Below, in pieces: positions 43,792 through 48,674 of a DNA stretch of 48,674 bases; the stretch's first letter is position 1, and every line of letters begins with the position of its first letter. The notes beneath the pieces are model-generated. The model saw nothing but the letters and a program-made list of their open reading frames with translations. It was not told where the DNA came from and searched no databases. The stretch lies in the NCBI GenBank assembly GCA_017482415.1, contig JAFUMY010000112.1, forward strand, positions 1 through 48,674. Reading direction: 5' to 3'. The translations under genes and the position numbers were made by a program. This DNA comes from Clostridia bacterium. Its GTDB lineage: Bacteria; Bacillota; Clostridia; Christensenellales; Borkfalkiaceae.

Positions 43792-46700
43792 TTAGGAAAC
43801 CGTAAAGTTCCACGTTGCGCCGGTGCCGTCTGCCGAACAGGTTGCCGTCAAGGTCTTCGTTACCTCGTAATAGCCTGTCGAAGTACAGATCTTCGTGCCT
43901 GCCGCAATCACCAATACGTCGCCACTCTTATAGTTCCACGTGTCAATCTGCAAAATCTTATTGACGCCGCCGTGGTATGTCCAAGTACCTACGTATGCAT
44001 TGCCGTTCAGCGTTACGCCGTCTAACGCAAATATCGTATGGTTCTGTTGTGCGCCATTGAACAATGCCTCAGTCAAGAATATACGAATCATATAATTCTG
44101 CGCCACTCCGTCCTTTAAATCGGAGAAGCTTGTAATATTGCCTACCGTCGACCAATCGATTTCGCCAAGCTTCGGCGTGGACTCTCTTACCCAGTTCCAC
44201 GTAGCGCCGTTTCCGTTTGCGGTGCAAAGCGCCGTCAACGTCTCCGTTACTTCATAGTACGAGGAGCCCATATAAATCTTCGCACCAGCCTCAATCTCGA
44301 GTACGTCGCCTGCCTCATAGTTCCAGTTCGACAACTGCAAAATCTTGTTGCCGTTACCGTGGTATGCCCAAGCACCCGTATAAGCCATGCCGTTCAAATA
44401 AACGTTACCGCCGACTACTACCTGATAGCTTGTCGAGCCGCCAAACAGCTCCTCCGTTAAGCTCATACGAATCGTATAGTTTTGCGGAACGCCATTGTTT
44501 ACGTCAGAATAGCTTGCAATTCTATGGATTGTGCTCCAATTCAACTCGCCCACTTTCGTAGGGTTAAGAACGGGCTTCCATTCAGCACCATTATAAATAC
44601 CCATAACGTCTACGGTGAATCTGAGCTTATAAGGGATATTCGAATGCGAGAATATCGTGCCCGCTTTGATTGTGAACATATCCCCTGCTTCCAGATTCGT
44701 CGTATCAAAACGAAGCTCTAACAACGAGCCGTGTTCAGCCCCAAAGTAGTTGAATGCACCAGAAGCATCGAAGTTTGCGTCAACGCCGCCGACAAGCAAC
44801 GACATTTCACCGCTCACAGCCATGCCATAGTGTCCACCGCTGATATTGTTAAGCCCTGCAACCGCCGATTCATTCAGATTGATACGAACGCCCGTATATA
44901 CACCTTCCTTATAGCGGCTAATACCGCTTACACAGTTCAGGCCCAAATCAATGTAAGCCGCCGCATTGACCGTAACCGTCGTACCGCTGAAGATATAATC
45001 GGTCGTATACGAGCCGTCAGGATTCTGCGTTGCGCCCGTTACCGACAAAAGTTCGCAGCCTGCGTTCGGGGTAATCTTGAAGGTTACGCGATCGCCCGCT
45101 TGAACTGCTACGTTTGTAACCTCCTCGTCGTCTACGGTAATTTTTGCATTCGCCACATTGAAGCTTACCGCATAGGTCGCCTCGCGGTCTACGTACGTAG
45201 AGCCGTTCCAAACGTAATTCCACGTATCGCCAATCAATACGTAACCCGCGCCATCTCTAAGCCAAAGCTTCGTACCTTCCGCAACCGAAAGCTTATCGCC
45301 CACCGCCGTTGCCTGGAATGCTTTTCCAAAATCCTCGCCTGTAAACGCAAGAATGGTATTGCCTGTATATACGCCTTCCTTGTACCCATATACGAAGCCA
45401 CTGGTCGTAGCCGAGCCGTTTAAGGTAGCCGTGCCGTCTACGTCCGCAAAACCGTATACGCCTTGAATCAGCGCACCGTTCAAGGAAATACGAATTTCAC
45501 CGCTATGCGAACCGTCGTGTCTGAAGCTCGCAATATCGCTCTTGCAAATCGTTCCAAGGTTGGCGTCCTTATAAACAGGTGAGCCGTTCGAGCCGGAAAC
45601 GCTAATCGACAAATCTTCTGTAACACGGTAAGCGCCCTCAAACGAAAGATTGCTGTTATTCAAGAGCCACAAATACGTGCCCGCCTTAATGGTTACAGAG
45701 CCACCTGCCGCACCAAAGTTTACGCCTTGGATTTCAAACAGATTATTCCCTGCGCCGTGATAGAAGAATTTTGAATAATTCGTACCATGACAGACAACGC
45801 CTTCGCCGTCAATGAAGGTATCGTCTACGATAACACGATTCCAACCGTAATCCGACCAGCTTTCCTTCGTCGTATAACGAATGGAATAGGTTTGACCATT
45901 ATCGTCCGTGTTAAATCTCATCGAAAGGATATCCGCTCCCGAAATGTCCTTAACCTCGGGATTCGTGATCCATTGACCAGAGCCAACTTCGGGTTCATAC
46001 ACGTAATAAGAAATAACGTCTTCCGTCAATCTATAAATCTGATCGCCCACCCAGAATTCTGTATTAGCAGGGATGGTTACCCAGTCCCCCGTTACGCTCA
46101 TTTTGTCCAAATAGATACGCAGCAGCGAATATTGCGTGCCGTTTGCTGCCGTTTCGCCGTGGTAGTATATCTTATCGGGATTGAGCTCCGTTACGTTGTC
46201 GGTATTGTGATATGTCAACTTGCCGTCATTGAGTACAACCTTGACCGTCCTATCCGCCCAACGGGTGTTCGTCGTAACGTCAATATAAATCTGTTCGTTA
46301 CCATCTTTATCGATTTCCGTTCGCGTACTTGCAGTCTTAAATTCCCCCGCGGTGATATTATGCTCATCAAACGAGAAGACCCAATCGACACCACCGCTAT
46401 ACGTTGCCGTAATCGTTTCTGCAAATACATAGTAGCCGTTGTTTTGTACCAGCTTCGTACCTGCTTCAATCGTCAAAACGTCGCCGTCTTCTTCGCCCCA
46501 AAGATCGTTGGTTTGAGGAAGTTCAAGGATTTTATTAGCGCCTTGGTTCCAATAATAATAACCGGTGGTGATATAATCCACGCTACCACCTATAAAACGC
46601 GTAATATAAATACTGCTTTCCTTCGTGCAGCCGTCTGCCTTTTCCAGCGTTGCACCGCCGTTGATTAAGAAATCGCTACGGAAAGTAACACGAATATTAT

Positions 46701-47964
46701 ATTCCTTATCATTTTCAGGACCTTCCGTATAATTCACAATTGTAGCAATGTCTCCGAGATGGATTTCACCAAGAGGAAGCTGCCAGTTTGCGTTGTTGTA
46801 TTCGAAGGTGTAATCGGTACCCAACTCGTACAAGCAACCGTTGTAATAGAACTGCGAGCTCTTCAAAATCGTCAACGTATCGCCGTTAGAAATTTGGTCA
46901 TAATCAAAGCTGATAACAAGCTGCGATTTCGCATCGGCATATTTAGCCTCATCCGTCGCCGCATTCTCATTGATATTTACAACTTCTACCGTAACCGTCT
47001 TCGCTTCTACAACCGTGCCATCGCCCTTGACCATATCAACGTTTTCAGGGCTGAGCGTCGTACCGTGACCAAAGTTTTTCGCGGAAAGCGTAGCCCATAC
47101 CTTAAAGCCTGTTTCCGTATAATTAACGCCCGTCAAAACGAATTGACTGGTTGTTGTCGAAGTGAGCTGAATTTTCGTCGTTTCCGCACCGCCTAAGTTT
47201 TCAAACGTAGCCGCCGTAGGAGGCGCAACCTCGCCGTTGCCCTCTTCATACCACCAAGACGTGTTTTCCGCAAGCGTAGGAATATTCAACGCGTCGCCGT
47301 ATTCAACGGTTTCCGTCGTTTTTGCACTGCCTACCTGGTAGGTGTATTGGTACTTAGGAATATAGTAGTTTAACGCCGTTTCTTGCGTATCGTTCCAGTT
47401 TGCATTTGCATCGTCGCGCGCCGCTTTTGCAACGTACGCCATGCTCTTCACGCCTACGTCCGTTTTGTTCCAGGTCGAACCGCCGTCCGTCGAGAACACG
47501 CCCATAAAGCAAAGATCGGTTGCGTGCTTCGTCGCAGGAAGATCGTATATGTAAGCGATAGATTCCATAAAGGACGTATCCTTGTCGTATTCCTGCCAAT
47601 ACTCCGTCGTGTTAATCTTTACCGCTTTCGGAGTATCGTAGCCAAGCTCCGCCGTGCCTAAAATACTCTTAGGCAATACGACCGTATAGGATACGAAATT
47701 TTCATTCGCGCTGTACGTTTCATACAGGGATTTTTCCAAAAGAATATGGAAACGAATACCCTTTCTTTGACTGTACACGTCCCCCTCGTCGTTAAAAAGA
47801 CGCACGGAACCGCCCGCCGTTTTATACGTGTCGGGGTTCAAGGTTACGTTTGCGCTCGCCGTCTTAGAATCCAGCTTCCACATGGCAAGCCCAAAAAAGG
47901 TCGCCAAGAAAAGCAGGCACGACAGTACGATTACTTTAAGCTTTTTCATACTCAACGTTTTCAT
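43792..47964 (-). CDS. Large exported repeat protein (1390 aa), mirror copy of 711..4883
   Basis: Identical translation. Confidence 0.85.
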   Translation of the reverse strand: MKTLSMKKLKVIVLSCLLFLATFFGLAMWKLDSKTASANVTLNPDTYKTAGGSVRLFNDEGDVYSQRKGIRFHILLEKSLYETYSANENFVSYTVVLPKSILGTAELGYDTPKAVKINTTEYWQEYDKDTSFMESIAYIYDLPATKHATDLCFMGVFSTDGGSTWNKTDVGVKSMAYVAKAARDDANANWNDTQETALNYYIPKYQYTYQVGSAKTTETVEYGDALNIPTLAENTSWWYEEGNGEVAPPTAATFENLGGAETTKIQLTSTTTSQFVLTGVNYTETGFKVWATLSAKNFGHGTTLSPENVDMVKGDGTVVEAKTVTVEVVNINENAATDEAKYADAKSQLVISFDYDQISNGDTLTILKSSQFYYNGCLYELGTDYTFEYNNANWQLPLGEIHLGDIATIVNYTEGPENDKEYNIRVTFRSDFLINGGATLEKADGCTKESSIYITRFIGGSVDYITTGYYYWNQGANKILELPQTNDLWGEEDGDVLTIEAGTKLVQNNGYYVFAETITATYSGGVDWVFSFDEHNITAGEFKTASTRTEIDKDGNEQIYIDVTTNTRWADRTVKVVLNDGKLTYHNTDNVTELNPDKIYYHGETAANGTQYSLLRIYLDKMSVTGDWVTIPANTEFWVGDQIYRLTEDVISYYVYEPEVGSGQWITNPEVKDISGADILSMRFNTDDNGQTYSIRYTTKESWSDYGWNRVIVDDTFIDGEGVVCHGTNYSKFFYHGAGNNLFEIQGVNFGAAGGSVTIKAGTYLWLLNNSNLSFEGAYRVTEDLSISVSGSNGSPVYKDANLGTICKSDIASFRHDGSHSGEIRISLNGALIQGVYGFADVDGTATLNGSATTSGFVYGYKEGVYTGNTILAFTGEDFGKAFQATAVGDKLSVAEGTKLWLRDGAGYVLIGDTWNYVWNGSTYVDREATYAVSFNVANAKITVDDEEVTNVAVQAGDRVTFKITPNAGCELLSVTGATQNPDGSYTTDYIFSGTTVTVNAAAYIDLGLNCVSGISRYKEGVYTGVRINLNESAVAGLNNISGGHYGMAVSGEMSLLVGGVDANFDASGAFNYFGAEHGSLLELRFDTTNLEAGDMFTIKAGTIFSHSNIPYKLRFTVDVMGIYNGAEWKPVLNPTKVGELNWSTIHRIASYSDVNNGVPQNYTIRMSLTEELFGGSTSYQVVVGGNVYLNGMAYTGAWAYHGNGNKILQLSNWNYEAGDVLEIEAGAKIYMGSSYYEVTETLTALCTANGNGATWNWVRESTPKLGEIDWSTVGNITSFSDLKDGVAQNYMIRIFLTEALFNGAQQNHTIFALDGVTLNGNAYVGTWTYHGGVNKILQIDTWNYKSGDVLVIAAGTKICTSTGYYEVTKTLTATCSADGTGATWNFTVS

Positions 47965-47975
47965 ACCTTACCTCC

Positions 47976-48122
47976 TTATTGTCCCCAGTCTTCGCCCGGC
48001 CACTGTTCGCCCGGAGGGCTTACCGTGACGACGTCCTCTGCTTCAAAGCGGATTACATCCAGCTTCAGTTCCTCGTAGTTACGAGCATTTTCAACACTTT
48101 TTATCACATTCAATTTGCTCAT
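47976..48122 (-). CDS. Small 48-aa hypothetical protein, mirror copy of 553..699
   Basis: Reverse complement of the left-arm ORF; the stop complement tta is at 47976-47978. Confidence 0.6.
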   Translation of the reverse strand: MSKLNVIKSVENARNYEELKLDVIRFEAEDVVTVSPPGEQWPGEDWGQ

Positions 48123-48359
48123 AATACCTCTCCTTTTTTATTATACTTTTATTATACTTATAAAATTTAAACCAAATAAATTCTTTATTTGCTGTAAAAC
48201 AGCAAATAGCCCATGGGCTGCCACGCGTAAAATAGAATATAAAGTGTATCGCGCGCGTGGAAAAAAAATAAATAAGTTTTACAATCGATAAAACTGATTG
48301 CTATTTACTGCTTCATAGCTGTTTTCGATATCGATGCTTTACTTATAGTATGATAGAAT

Positions 48360-48388
48360 ATTATAGCACCATGTTTTGTCAATGTCAA
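48360..48388 (-). promoter_or_regulatory. Mirror copy of the promoter at 287..315
   Basis: Reverse complement. Confidence 0.6.
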
Positions 48389-48449
48389 TATATTTTTTGC
48401 TTTTTTATATTAAAAAGCTAAACTTCTTAATTTTTGACATATTTCGAGT

Positions 48450-48486
48450 AAAAATTACGCCGTGCGGTCCATTTTCCGCACGGCGT
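48450..48486 (-). terminator. Mirror copy of the metK terminator
   Basis: acgccgtgcgg-tccatttt-ccgcacggcgt, read at 48457-48486. Confidence 0.8.
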
Positions 48487-48511
48487 AAATCCCATTCATT
48501 TTTTTAATTGA

Positions 48512-48673
48512 TTAAAGATACTTCTTTAAAGCGTCCGTTTTGTCCGTTCTTTCCCAAGCAAAACCCTCTCTTCCGAAATGTCCGTAAGCAGCGGTTGCCG
48601 CGAATACGGGCTTTCTCAAATCCAAGGTTTTGATGATGTTGTACGGACGAAGATCAAACTCCGTCTTAACGAT
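48512..48673 (-). CDS. metK: S-adenosylmethionine synthetase 3' end, mirror copy of 2..163
   Basis: Reverse complement of the left-arm fragment. Confidence 0.85.
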   Translation of the reverse strand: MVKTEFDLRPYNIIKTLDLRKPVFAATAAYGHFGREGFAWERTDKTDALKKYL

Positions 48674-48674
48674 T

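Larger units (their letters stand above)
24338..48674. repeat. Right arm of the perfect inverted repeat; reverse complement of 1..24337 with no spacer
   Basis: Same evidence as the left arm. The arms abut directly at 24337|24338 (ccca|tggg) with no unpaired loop or adaptor-like insert. Confidence 0.97.

Noticed and set aside
1-48674. Reading the mirrored genes as genuine paralogue pairs (two secA, two prfB, two sigma modules and so on)
   Set aside because: The two sets are identical at nucleotide level, including intergenic DNA, and belong to one continuous inverted repeat. They are one locus seen twice and should not be counted as gene-family expansion.

Overview
This window is a single perfect palindrome with no spacer, so it holds only about 24.3 kb of unique sequence. 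Position x pairs with position 48675-x. The symmetry axis lies between 24337 and 24338, inside a CCATGG at the tip of a GC-rich hairpin. Every gene therefore appears twice, in mirror orientation.

One arm reads like an ordinary chromosomal segment of a Gram-positive, Bacillota/Clostridia-like organism. Supporting signs are GGAGG ribosome-binding sites, TTGACA-17-TGnTATAAT promoters, secA-prfB linkage and a SpoIIAA/RsbW-type sigma module. The gene order in one arm is:
- metK 3' end
- an ORF of 48 codons that is missing from the supplied track, translationally coupled to a 1390-aa exported repeat protein
- asnA
- a 1658-aa lipoprotein built from repeated Cys3-His modules
- secA, prfB, tsaD
- a polytopic permease
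- a four-gene module: STAS antagonist, degenerate RsbW-like protein, SigB/F-type sigma factor, RsbW-like kinase
- a membrane protein of unknown function
- a PucR-family regulator
- a membrane-anchored S41 (Ctp-type) peptidase

I recognised no rRNA, tRNA, CRISPR/cas, transposase, phage or defence genes.

Points worth a second look, in rough order:
1. The palindrome itself. A fold-back sequencing or assembly chimera is the most likely explanation. A hairpin-ended linear replicon or a very recent inverted duplication are the biological alternatives.
2. A roughly 232-bp intergenic element present twice per arm, directly after the terminators of the two giant exported-protein genes. It has 4+4 inverted (A)GTGAAGTT 9-mers at about two-helical-turn spacing, a conserved core, and spacers that differ between copies yet almost always form hairpins.
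3. The hidden small ORF and its long structured leader.
4. The unusual sigma-factor module.
5. The Cys3-His modular lipoprotein.

Functional calls come from motif recognition by eye. No database search was run.
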